Source: Bilabrum cf. latius (lineage: Eukaryota). From it: 64,000 nucleotides of DNA. Of the stretch, positions 39,551 to 51,700 are shown in pieces. The stretch covers positions 682,001-746,000 of the forward strand of contig OZ237765.1 of the NCBI GenBank assembly GCA_965178125.1, read 5' to 3'. A model generated the notes under the pieces. It searched no databases. It saw only the letters and a program-made list of their open reading frames with translations, and was not told where the DNA came from. How positions within the stretch are numbered: the stretch's first letter is position 1; each line of letters begins with the position of its first letter. The position numbers were made by a program, and so were the translations under genes.

Positions 39551-41404
39551 CCTGGCTCTGCTTCCAGCACTCATGCCGGGGCTGGCACCGTGCTTGGGTC
39601 TTTCGTATCGCAAACAGAAGCAGTAGGTTCTGGGGTTGCAGAACAAGCGACTACTGGGCGAACACTGCACGGCACTGCGCCTGAGCTTGGATCGAATCGA
39701 CCGCAGCGATTGAATCTGGCCAGCAGCCCGCGAGCGTCAATCTTACACCAGCTGGCTAGGGGCATGCGCAAGCTCGCGGACTCCACCACCGGAGTCGGGC
39801 GCAGCCGGAGTCCGTCGCCTGCATTTCACGGTCGCGCGCGTTCCTCCTCCCCCTCCTACCGCGGGTCACCATACGTAGCATCGGGCAGCCCGAGTGCGAC
39901 CACTAGGGCGCTCAACGGGATCGTGGCGCCAGGGGGCAGCAGCAGGCTGTACACGTGCGGCTCCACGCTTGGCGCCGTGGCTGTGTGGGACGAGCGGATG
40001 TTCCGCAGGCGGAAAGTGGCGCCGCGCAGATCGGGCGGGGTTGGTTCTGATTCCAGATCGCGATGGGAGTCGGAACCACTCGGAGTGTTTCGGGCTTCGT
40101 CGCTGGCCCAGAGCATGGGCAAAGCGGCGAGTGGCAGGGCGCTGTGGGGCAGCCAGTGGTGCGAAGCGGCGGCAAAGGAGGAGGCAGGCGCACGCCTGTC
40201 TGCGGGTGCGTGTGGTACATCCGGCTTGGCCCTGTCAGCAGACGGGCGGGTGCTCTGCGTGGCGACCACCGCGGGAGTTGTGTTTTCTCTGCCCCCCAGG
40301 GCACTGGAAGGGGCCCCCCTGGGTCTGGCCGGCCGGCTTAGGATACAAGTGGGTGCCCCGAGCCGCAGCTATTACGGGTCGTGTGCCGTGTCCGCAGATG
40401 GGAGAACAGTCGTAGGGAGTGGTCTGCATGGATTTGCGTGCGTGTGGTCGGCGGGGCAAAGCAGATGGGATGCCACCGAGACTGCAGCTGGCGATGGGAT
40501 GGAAGGGTACCGGCAGGGGCAGCTAGGTTTGGCGCTGGCAGCTGCGGCGCTGGAATCGTTCGAAAGCAACGCAACCATGGCACGCAAGACGTTCCGTGGC
40601 GATGAATGGTACGATGTGGTAGCGGGAGCATGGGACGAGGGTCGTGCGCGAGGTGACTTGGGGGCAGGATGCGGGCTGGAGGAGACTGCAGATGCAATCG
40701 ACGTTGAGCTGCCGAGTCACGTGCTGCCAATGCCACGGCTGTCTCGGCATGGGGCTGGTTCTCTGCGGCACCCTTGGGCCTCGAGCAGCGCTAGACCACG
40801 TAGTGGTGGGGGGCGGGGCGGGGCGCAGTGGGATGGTTTGCCGCCATCTGACGTGCATGCTGCCGACGTGGTCGCGATATGTCCGGTGAGTGGCGATATT
40901 GCGGTGGGGGCAGACGATGGCGTATGGTCGATCTGGCGGACGGGACGCGGGGCCAGCTAGGTAGGCAGCGTGCATGCCTTGCCCTGGGAGCTCGAAAGCA
41001 GAGCTATGGCCGAAACCGCACCATCGGTAGCCGAGCAACACGATGTGAGTGGTGCGCAAGGACGGCTGCTGGCAGTCCGCGGTGTTGGCTACAAATGGGC
41101 AGGACGACGCAGTGCGCAACTGACTGGCTGTGTACCTCGGCGCGATCTTGCCAAAGATGCTGCTAGTGTCAGCGCGTGGGCTCGCTAGCTTGAGTTGTCT
41201 GTTCATCCACGGGCCCCGCTTGGGACCAGCAGCGGCAGTCGATCAGAGCAATGCAGTGGACTTACAGAGCAGCACGGCGGCGCCACTCGAGCTTCGGGGC
41301 CGATGGGTCTCCCTGGTGGTGCTGCGACGTCAATCGGTGCCGTTCATCTAGGTCAGAAGCGGGCCCGGCAGCAATATGGGTAGTGCTCGATAGAGCCCCA
41401 ATGA
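38475..41404 (+). CDS. DTL: WD40 protein resembling DTL/Cdt2 (CRL4 substrate receptor)
   Basis: Exon 38475-38529, 41-nt intron 38530-38570, then open to TGA at 41402 with 5 TAGs. Successive blades match recalled Cdt2 motifs: SMCIRPDQPSVLHVASSTGGLDTFDCR, LYTCGSTLGAVAVWDER, GTSGLALSADG, SYYGSCAVSADG..VW and DIAVGADDGVWSIWR. Orthology is inferred by eye. Confidence 0.65.
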
Positions 41405-41627
41405 TCCTGGACAGAGTCAACTATGCAGTATTCGTTACAAAGCAGCAAAGCAGGCCAATGCCGACTTATAGACAGGCACAAAATGAGCAGCTAGTAGTCC
41501 GTACCAGCCCCTGCACTACCATCGGGATCCGGAGTGCGGACTCCCAGTCTGCGTTCCTGCCATAGCATCGGTGATTCAAGGACTAGTTGGCGCTTGGACA
41601 GAGGCAGCAAATTCAATACTCAAGTTC

Positions 41628-43019
41628 TCAGCGAGGGTGCGCCTTGCTTTCTCCGCCTCGGTGGGCCGGTGGGGCCGTGCCCAGGTGTTGTCCAGTCGCA
41701 GCTCCCTCGGCTTCGAATTCGGCATGACCGCTCGACGAGCCAGACGAGCTTCCTCGCTCGGAGCCCATTGGGTCCATCCTCTCGATGCGCCGGACGGGCC
41801 GGGTACTGCCTGGACCTGGGCGTCGGTCTCCAGGCGGTGCGCCGCCGTCCGGATCTTCGCCGCCTTCGCCGCCGGCGCCGCTCTCGCCGTGGCCAGCTGG
41901 CTCAGTGCCTCCACTGGCCCCACGGGCTTGACCGGCCCCGCTTCCAGCCTGTTGTTCATTCCTTGTAGTACTGACACCGGCAGCCGCCTCCTGCCCGGCC
42001 TGGTCACTTGACGAGGAACCTTCACCAGCCCCAGGTTTCCCCACCGGTTGTGATGCAGTATGCGAGCTTTGCGTTCGGCGGTGGGCAGGGTATATGACCC
42101 TCTCGATAACATGCATCGCGAGATCGGCATGGTGCCTTGCGGCGGCAGTGTGCAAGTATACGCCGTCGCCTGGCTCGCTTGGCCCTGGTGGGGCAGCGCT
42201 TCCGAGCATGCCGCCTGTAGCAGCGCCACCGGAAGCTGCCTACGACTCTTCTGCTTTCGCTGCTAGAGATGTTTCAAGGCGATCAATCGACTTTTCTAGC
42301 TCATCTCTTATGAACCGAATCTCTTCAGGATTAATCTCTTGGATCAAGTGATATACTACTTGCTCCACCGGTGCTAATTCAGTACCAAGCAGTCTTGCTG
42401 CTTGATTCGGTACTGCTGGCGGAGAAAACACGGCCGTACTAGCAGCATTTACAAGAATTTGCACTCTTGCGGCATCTTGGACTGGCAAAGCGCATTGAGC
42501 TGATGCCTGATCTTGTTCGACAGCTACACCCAGGTATTGCAAAAGCTGGATTGGAAGGCTGTTCTCAATCGGGCTGTTACCTGCAGTCTTATAGATTTTC
42601 TGCAGCCCCACGCAGATTCCTGGAACTTGTCCAAGGCCTGCATTGTAGAGACTTGCTCAACTGACAACAGACGGGTTTTTTGGACGCCTACATCGGAACG
42701 AGGCGGAACGATCCATGGATGGATCGAGCACTTTCTTACCCTTCACTTCCATGCCAGCCTCCCACAGCGAGATGACTTGCGCTTGGAATGCGCCACTTGT
42801 AGGTCCAATCAACATTGCTCCGGGCTTCTCGGGCAAAGATACCTAGAATTGCCCCTCTGCAGTTTGGGAGATTTTTGCGGTTGGCTTGCCAGAATCCAGC
42901 GTTGGTCTGAAGTCAGTCTGCTGGTTGCGTGTACGCCGACCGTACCGAAGAACGGTGTTTATCCCATATGCGCAGTTGGCCGCCACGATAGCGAAGACAA
43001 GCCCAAGAAGCTTGCCCAT
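41628..43019 (-). CDS. Putative secreted protein of unknown function with low-complexity C-terminus
   Basis: Signal peptide MGKLLGLVFAIVAANCAYG. A phase-1 intron at 42638-42739 (GTAAGA..ATGCAG) removes an in-frame TGA. TAGs at 42843 and 42240 join three track ORFs. Ends in TGA. Confidence 0.6.
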
Positions 43020-43493
43020 GGTCCAGCTACTTTCGTGCCGGCTCCACTTCGACGGACCGACGGAACGAATACGGACTTCGGAATTTCCGAAGATCGGAAA
43101 CAGCACCTTACATTGTTGCAGTTGCATCTGCCAAACGGGCGCTCGCAAGGGCGGTCCGGGAGGACTTTGCCAGCCTGGCTGTAGGGGCAGCCGAAAACAA
43201 CAACCTCGCCGTGGCGATCGCCAACGTCAAGGCAGGGTTGGCTCAGAACGGGCAGCAGGACGGGGTGCCGGCAGCGGGCGCCGGAGGGAACGTGAACGCT
43301 GACGCTCCCCAGGGGGAAATGGGTCCCCAGGGTGGAGCTTAGGTGGTTTAGGCCATTGCAGCTGAAGCGTGAAGTCTGGTAGGTCCCGGGCCCTCGTTCC
43401 AGATGTTTCTTCGTGATAGCGTGCGCTTTTGAGTTGAGTCCACAAAATATCAGATCCCCTGCATCTGAGTTGCATCCATCGGATACTCGTGCT

Positions 43494-44881
43494 ATGGTAA
43501 ACCCCCTAGCTTTATTTCACGCTATTATGTGCCATGATTTCCCACCGGAAGATATGTTGTCTCTATTTTCGTCTCCTGTCGGAAGAGTGATAGCAACTAT
43601 TGCTGTGGAAAGGAAGTATCGAAGGCCCGGAAAGAGAAGCATTCCAGTTGGACGATACAAGGTGGAGGAAGTGCCTTACGGGTATAGGATGATTCATAGG
43701 TATACTAAGTATCTTGAATACGATAGAAGACCCGAATCGGATTATTTCGGCAAATATCGAGCTTTCATACTTGCTGAGTGGCTGTCGAAGATACCGGCAT
43801 AGACTTTGCTTGCGTTGCTGCAAGCTGGTAGCCCTCCAGAGTCATCAGATAGATTAATGTGGGGCCCTTTATCTGAACTTTATGTCCCAGCCGTGAGTTC
43901 GCACGCACTGGACCGAAAATATTGAGCTAGCCCAAATTTGTAGCCCAATTTTGTTCGAACGTATGGAATGCAGGATATCATGCAAAAGTACTTCTTCCCT
44001 ACTATTGGGCGCTGTATAGAGAAAAAATTGCCTGAGCATCTTGAACTTCTGCTATTCTGCAGCAAGGGCTCACTTGCACTATGCATGGAAGTGAGGCTCG
44101 TTGTTGTTATCCCTTGGCCCTTCGCAATGGATAAAACTGTCCCAACTCATGCCCGGCATGGTTTGTACACTGTGCGCAGCAACGTCGGGCCTGGCAAATC
44201 TACGCAATGTTCCCGGAGAATTCCCTTGTCCGCATGCCATGGGACATGCTGGTGCCGCTGCTTCACGCTGACGTGCCGTTCAGACCGATCATATACAACG
44301 AGTTCGGTAGACGAAGCTGGGTTGACTCATGGTTAAGGCTCATTGTTGGCGCATCAGCCAGCGATGCGGTTCTAATTGGAGCGAAAACGAGCGGCTGGCT
44401 TCCGCACATATTCAGGCGTGTTCACCCAGTGCGTCTGCGTGGTGTGCAGTACTACAATCCATACCGCAAGCGCATGCGGCATATTGTGCACTGGCGAAGG
44501 GCTGTTGCTGCTGAGAGAGACGCTGGGCTCGTCTTTAGGGCAGCTGCGGAGGGGAGGCCCATGGAGCTGGCCCGGAGGCTGAGACTTGGCCGGCTGGCTA
44601 AGGGTCACTTGAGGCCCGGTGCGGTCTCGTTGGTTCCGCCCGGCGGACCGCTCATGGTGACTCTAGCGGGGTGCAACGCCCTGACTGCTGCTTGTACAAT
44701 GGGCCATGGGGACTGCGTGGGCGTGCTGGCTAAGGGAATGTCGATTGATGCCGATGAGTACATCAAGGGGAGAGACCCAGCCGGGAGGGGCTGCTGGGAG
44801 GTGGCGGTAGGAACTGCCGTTGAAGCGCTGCGAGAGGTCAAGAAAGACCCATGGATGCTCTGCGGGGACCTTTCAGTCTGA
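43494..44881 (+). CDS. Protein with C-terminal ankyrin-like module, paralog of 33309-35084
   Basis: Introns 43893-43973 and 44091-44179 (both GTGAG..GCAG, phase 0); TAG at 43800; ends in TGA. RDAGLVFRAAAEGRPMELARRLRLGRLA nearly matches RDAGRVFKAASEGRPMELAKRLRLGKLA in the paralog. Start uncertain. Confidence 0.6.
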
Positions 44882-45186
44882 TCGATGGACGCACTGGGTG
44901 ATTCGGGCCTAGCCAAATGTACCTAGATCCGGATGATCCAGCGACCGGATCCGCGTGACAGTTGTGCAAAGTGGCCGGAGCTTCCCATTGGTTGGGCCAG
45001 TGGTAGGCTAGACTATAATGATTTGAGGTGCATGGCATGCAACCCACCACTAGACTCTAGACTATCTAGTGTAGGTGGGACACACTCAATAATATCATCT
45101 TGTACAGTCCTATGAATCCATACTTAGACGCAGTAAGTAGGGGGCTAATCGGAAGCGGCACTGCCTTTCAGAAGAACTTGCAAACT

Positions 45187-48100
45187 TCACCCCCTCCTCT
45201 GCAGGCGCACTAGCCGAGCCCCCGACGCCGGCTCCAGGGTGAAGGGCAGGTACTCGCCCTTGGCATACAACTCCAGGATGTCGTAGTAATTCCGGCTGAA
45301 CAGGTTGCCAGACTGGCCCAAGCCGATGATGATCCGGCTCTGCACCGCCGTGTTGCCCTCTTCCGACCCGCCAAAGTCGACGATCCCGCGGTACCCCGGC
45401 CCGTGGTCTGCGTGCATGGACTCGTCCTCGTGGGAGAAATCCTGCGCGTTGACGCAGAACCCGTCACCCCCGGACTCGAACACGCGGTTCGCCATGCAGG
45501 CCAGAGGAGACGCATCCGACCCGAGGATCTGGGCGGCGTACACGCCCACGTGCCTCTCGTCGTGCGACTTGAGGCCGGCGGGGTCACTCCTGGGCCCCTG
45601 CACGCCCCACCCGGGCACGGCACCGTCCCCGGACCCCCCGAACTCGCGGCCCACCTTGTCCATGGCCGCAGCTGCAAAGGCGCTGCAGGAATCGTACCCC
45701 ATCGCCCGGCACGCGGGATCGGTCCCCCCCGCGGTCCCGTCGCTCGTCAGCGCGTTGAAGAAATACTCGGCGTACCACCACGATAGAAAGTCCTGGTCCC
45801 ACTCGTCCGCGCCCAGCCGAGAGACCTCCCTGGCCCACTGGTTCACGATCGTTGCCTCCCTGGATCCCACCGGGCTGTGCCCGTCCCACCCCGCCACTCG
45901 CGCCTTGAGCTCCCGGCCGGCCCTGGTGGCAAACAGGTCGTCGGGCAGACGCGCGATGATCTCGCGGGCGAAGCGCCTGCCCCATAGCGAGGTCACGTCC
46001 GTTTGCAGCCCGGCCACCATGTCGGGCGTGATCTTGCGGCCCTCGGTGATCCACCCCTGGATCGTGTCGTGGATCCGCAGCGCTCTGTACCCGTCCCCGT
46101 GCCATCGGGCATTCTACTGCGGAAGGTTCGCGGCGGAGATCTTGTTGTTGGCCGTGGACGTGAATCCCTTGGGCGCGTTGAGGGTCCTCGGCATGTCTTC
46201 GAACGGGACAAACCCGGTCCAGTCGTACGACCCGTTACCGGGGACGGGGTACCCGCCGTCCACTCCGGGAGCTCGCTGCGGCATGAGGCACGGTGTCAGG
46301 TAGCCCGCGTCCCCCTCCCTAGACGCAAACACCCAGGACTGGCAGGGCCCCACGAAGGCGCTCTGCACCTCCATGAACTGCGCCCAGTTGCGCACCTGCG
46401 GCAGCTTGAAGACGATGGCGGCGGATATGTCCGAGGTTCCCCGCATGATGGCGGGCCAGCCCAGCGCCAGCGGCTCGCTGAAGCTGGACGTGTCCTCATC
46501 CAGCCCCAGGTCCTCCACCATGCTCTCGCCCCCGAACAGGAGCAGCCCTTTGTTCTCGTTGATGACCGGGCCGTAGATCGAGTCGCGCACATGGATGGTG
46601 ACGTCGCTGCCCCCGCTCACGCCGATCCTCTCCTCGATCATGTCGAACTCCAGGCTGTTCCCGTTGTGCATGTAGCGCCCGCCCTCAGGGTCGCTGGGGT
46701 CGAGCTGCAGCCGGAACACGTCCTGCACGTCGTTCAGGGAGGTGGTGACGCCCCACGCGGCATACTGCGTGCGGCCCAGCACCACCAGTGGCGCGCCGGG
46801 GATGCTCACGCCGGCAACGTCCAGGTCATCCGCGGCGTTGGTGGACTTGAGGTGCATCATCATCCAGATGACGGGCGCGTCAAGAGCGAGGTGGGGATCG
46901 TTGGCCAGGATCGGACCCCCCGACGCGGTGTGGTTGCCGTGGATCACCCAGTCATTGCTGGCGTGCTGCATGGACCGCAATATATGGCTCCGGGTGCTGC
47001 CCTCGCCCTTGCCCCCGGCCAGCACGTCTGCCAGCCGCGAGGCGCCCTCCTTACCTGAGCCGATGGCCATGATCTGACCAAGAATCTCACCCGCTGCGCG
47101 GCGCGCGTGCTGTGCAAATCGCGAGCGAAGGCTCGCCTCGGGCCCGGCGGACTCCCCTTGTTCCAACTCCCTCGCGCGAGCGGAGGCTGACCCTTGGCTG
47201 GCAGCGTCCGTCTGCACCACCCTGGGCTGGTAGGGGGTCGGGTCATCTCTCCGGGTCGCGCCACCCGTGGTGGGGACAGCCCCCAGGCCCCACTCGCCGT
47301 CGGCAAGGATCGTGGGAAAGGCGGTGTAGTTCCAGCTGGGAAAGAAGCGCGACGCGTTGGCCACAGACAGCCCCCTCCCCTCGACAAGCCTGAGCTGCCT
47401 CAGCTCCTCATCCGCATTTGCGGTCAGCTGGAAGTTGAGAGCCTGCTGCACGAGGAGGACGTCCCTGGGCTCCCAATGCTTGGGCTGCTGGCCAAGGAGG
47501 ATGTACTCGGGGGGCACGTGGTTGGCCTGGTCCAGGAAGGCGTTCACCCCATCGCAGTACGCGAGCAGCTGCTCGTGGATGGCGGGCTCCCGCGCCTGCA
47601 AGGTCACCACGTTACGCTCAGCCGCGCGGTTCAGCCCCAGCGTTCGGAACGCCTTGTCCACGTCCAGCATGTCCTCCCCGATGAGCTCCGAGAGCCGCCC
47701 CCCGATGGCCCTCCGCATCAGGTCCATCTGGGCGAATCGGTACTGCGCATGCACAGCCCCGAGGGAGAAGAACACGTCGTGCCTAGAGGACGCCTCGATG
47801 CGGAAGAAGCCCTTGCCGTCATTGTCCTTGTACAGGCTGGCATTGTCGTTGAGGCCCTTGAGGCGGATGCTCCGCTGGCCCTCGCTCTGGGCCTGCCCCG
47901 AGAGTGCGAGCAGCAGGCCTGCCAGCAGCCAGCTCGCCAGAAACACCAGGGCGAGCAAGGCAGCGAGGGAGGCGCGGCTGGTGCGACGTACGCACGTCAT
48001 GTCGTCTCCCGATTTTGCGAAGCACAGGGGAAACAAAGTGCAGTCCATTGAGGCCTCGCCGGGACTCTGCTGCGGGGCCGGCTGCTGCTCACTTCCGGCG

Positions 48101-48624
48101 GCCGCGGCCGAAGGATCCGCCGCGGGGTGTGCCGCGTCTTTGGGCTCCTATCCGCTGCCAGGCTCCACCATTTCAACAGCAACTCCATCGGCAGACTTAT
48201 TTGACTTGTTTTCGGCAGAATTAGGAAGGAACTGGCGCCGTTGGGCGGCTGCCGCGGATGCATCGTCCTCGAGCTACACGTGCTTGTTCGTGTCGGGCGA
48301 GTCCCAGCCCCCGTCATGAAGCCGGCAGCAGCACTAGTACGCTATGAGGATGCATAGTATCAACGCAAGTCCGAATGCCACCCACAGTCCGGCGATGATG
48401 CCTGGCACCCCGCCACACTGCCCGTTAGCACCAACCGTCAATGTTGCCGTAAATATGGCGACCGCAATCGTGGTAAGAACCGAAACTCCTCCGACTATAG
48501 CACCTCCCAGAGTGCCCCATATACCGAGGCTAAGGTCGCAACAACCTTTGCCGCACATCGTGCGAGCGGTCTTGAATGAAAATCCACTTGTGAACCGCTT
48601 TGCTTGCATTGCGGAACGTTCCAT
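45187..48624 (-). CDS. Penicillin acylase / AHL-acylase family Ntn hydrolase (MEROPS S45) with N-terminal TM extension (about 1145 aa, intronless)
   Basis: Motifs FSLGAVHAQYRFAQMDLMRRAIGGRLSELIG, beta-subunit start ASNDWVIHGNHTASGGPILANDPHL (Ser at 46957-46959), TANNKI, YRALRI, GPGYRGIVDF and GQSGNLFSRNYYD. Four TAGs (48334, 48274, 48148, 46114) join three track ORFs. Ends in TGA. Confidence 0.9.
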
Positions 48625-48742
48625 AAGGTTCGCCCGGGTTCGTTCAAAAGGCTCACTTCTGGACCGGCATTTTTCGCAAAAGGTATGGTATGAAGCGCAC
48701 GTTATACGTCACTTTGTTGTGATTTAGCAGATTTTGGATAAT

Positions 48743-51700
48743 ATGCATAGCTCGTCGTCCTCTGGTGATGAGCGTGATGAGATCGTGCGGCTATGGGCAG
48801 CAAGCGAGCACAGCGGGCAGTGCGTTGTATGTCACGATAGTGGCCGCATCAGGCATTGCTGCAACTAGCATATTTGTAACAAATGCTACTATGGAACAAC
48901 AGACTGCCCAAATTGTAAGAAAACACACAAACGTCCCACGGCGGGCACCGGATTGGTGCAGTGGCCGGTGCGAAGAGAGGCGGTCCTGAGCGCTTTCTGC
49001 GTACCACTGGTGCTGATCGGGAGCATGCTGCTCTACATCAACATGATAATTATAAACGAGTTGGAAATTGATACTCTCATAGAGAGGAGGGGGTGTGCGG
49101 CTGGACGTGGCCGGTGGCTCGCCTGCGTTGCATCGAGCTCCCTCCAAGGCCAGGCCAGGAGCCCATCCCGCCGAGACTGGCATCGATGCGACGAGGCATT
49201 CGCATAGGAAGATCATTTAGTGAATATCCAATCGGTTAATTCGACCTTCATATCCCAAAGATCCCAGAATGCACCGTTTTAGCATGCTGGCTGGGGTGCT
49301 GTGGCAGGTTTCCCAGCGACTCAATCCGGTGCTGGTAGCGCTAGAGCTGACCAGGTGCCACCATCAATTCATTCGAACCATGCAGCCGTGCTTGGTGGCG
49401 TCCAGGGCTGTGTGTGTGCCCCTGCATGCGTGGTCGACGAGTGCGCTTTCAGGGAGTCTGGCGGTCGCGAGGGCTGGGACTTTGAAGCTGCCAGCTTCCA
49501 GCCACTCGTCACACTCGGCAGGGAGGATTTCCTCCGCGGTCCGTCTCCAATGCTGTGGGATCGGATCTCACTGGGCAGGGCGAGCGGAGACTGCGGCACT
49601 GCAGTGGGGGGCCATGCCATGGTGTTCGGCGGCGTGCGGTCCCAGGCCGGGCAGTTCAAGAGCGAGCGCTCTCTGCAGGGCTAGGCTCCTGCGCCGCGCG
49701 AGCTCCGCACGCTGCCGGTGGATGTATCAGGAGGCGGGGCCTGGGTGTTTTGGCTGCGGTACGGCACGGGCCGGGGCCCAGACGCGGGAGGGCGGTGCCC
49801 GCTCATGTCTCGGGCCCCTGTGTCGCTCGAGGCCAGCACGGACGGGGGGCGTGCCTGGGCGGAGCTGAAGCGGTTTGCAGTCGACAAATATCGGTCCATG
49901 GAGTTTAAGAAGGTGGTTGTGGAGATATCTGGTCGGATCGGGGACCTTGCCAGCAGTGGGGCGGGTGGATCGTCCAATACCACGGTGTTCCGATGGATCT
50001 AGCGAGACTATTACCAGACTGGCGATGCGTGGGCCATCGATGGGATTGCGCTGCAGAGACGCATGCAAGTAGAATGGCTAAATGGAGCTGCCAGTGAGGC
50101 TTCAAGTCACGTTGCAGCGTCGAATAGTTCCGGTGTACCAGCGCACCTCGACTCTTTCAGGGACGAGGTCAGGCAAGAGTCCGACCGAGCCGCCTGTTGC
50201 TTGGGTTGCGGGAGCTGCCAGCATCTGCCAGAAGGCAGCACTGGGCACGACCCTTGCCAAGCAAGCGCGGACACAGCTGCGTCCGCATCGGCCGAGTCAC
50301 CCGTGCGATACGAGCTGGCGCCCGTTTCGGAGTCGTTTCTGGCGGTAGTGCTGCTTGTGGGCGGAGTGCGAGCAGCCTTTGCATGCGTTGGACCGCTGTG
50401 TCAGCTATCCATGGATGTCTGCATCAAGCCCGCCGTGCTTGCGCCCATTGACAGAGCTCACAAACAGCGAGAAGAGGCATCTTCCGAACGTGCGCTCCGC
50501 GATGTGGTGACCCGAGACTGCGAGAGGAGGAGGAGAGAGAGGAGATTGCATCTGCACGCCCAGTTTGTCAGAAGGGGGGGGATGTCACGAGAGCAGGCAG
50601 AAGGTCTGTATTTGGCACGGCATGGCCCTGCTAGGCATGCGGCGAGGCAGCGACGGAGAGATAGGCTGGTGCACGAGGCAGGATCGGGCGCTGCAGCAGG
50701 AAACCCAGGCGCAGACTATGCGAATGACACAGGGGAAGATGATGACGACTAGAGAGCTATTAGGGCAGTGCAGCGAGTCATATGGTCGTATGCGATGAGC
50801 TGCATGCGGAAGGTGTGCTGTTGTGCCGACCAGTTTGATCGCGTCACAACTGTGAGTGTTGGCTCCAGCGAATCAGAGTCAGATGGGAAAACCGGCGCAG
50901 CGTCCCAGGACATGGATCCAGACGAACCAGTGACAGCCACAGACAGACTGTTTGCGGGGGAACCCCGATCCAGCACCTCCGGCAAGGGTCGCAGACCCTC
51001 CAGACGGCAGCGCAAGCGCATGGACACGGCAGAGCGCCAGAGGGTGGAGCTGCTCCGCTCCAAGGTGCGCAGGAAGCTGGCAAAGTCTATGCAGGGGACG
51101 GGACACGTGCCGCAAGAGCTGCTCGATGCAGACATCGACGCCCTAGAGAAAGAAGAGGCTGACCAGCTTCGTATGCGAGACCACTTCAGGCGAGCGCAGA
51201 GGTGGACTGAAGGGGCCATCGCGAGGCAGGCTTCGCGCAGGACTCAGGACGCACCCCAGCAAGCATTGACTTCTAGGGTATTCCAGCCACTACTTGACGA
51301 GCACAATGAGCTTCGGTAGGACGTGCTGGAGAAGACGAGGCGCGCCATCCGGAGAGGCAGGCGGTACTCGGTGCATCGGTCGCCCATGCTGCTGCTGGAC
51401 GCAGAATCAGCCGATGCTGCGGACCGCGGCACCTTCATCAAGAGAACGCTCAAGGACAAGGTTCACGGCATTGTGCGCACGGACCTGGAGCGGGCTGCAG
51501 CTGTACCCGATCGGCCACTTACGCCAGAGATCCCGGGGGCATGCACGATCAGGCCCAGGACGAGGGATGCGAGAGGGCGGCAGGTGCAGACCGATAGCAA
51601 GGGCGGGGTGACAGTGCCCGAGTCTGGGCACTTGCTTATAGGGGGCAATACTGCACAAGATCGATTGCTGCTGCGCGATGTGTCTTCGGACGAAGATGAT

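Noticed and set aside
42968-43372. Possible small + strand gene (134 aa, two TAGs, TGA end; ..AKRALARAVREDFASLAVGAAENN..)
   Set aside because: The 3' half looks coding, but its only clear ATG overlaps the start of the minus-strand secreted gene and I recognise no homology. Unresolved.
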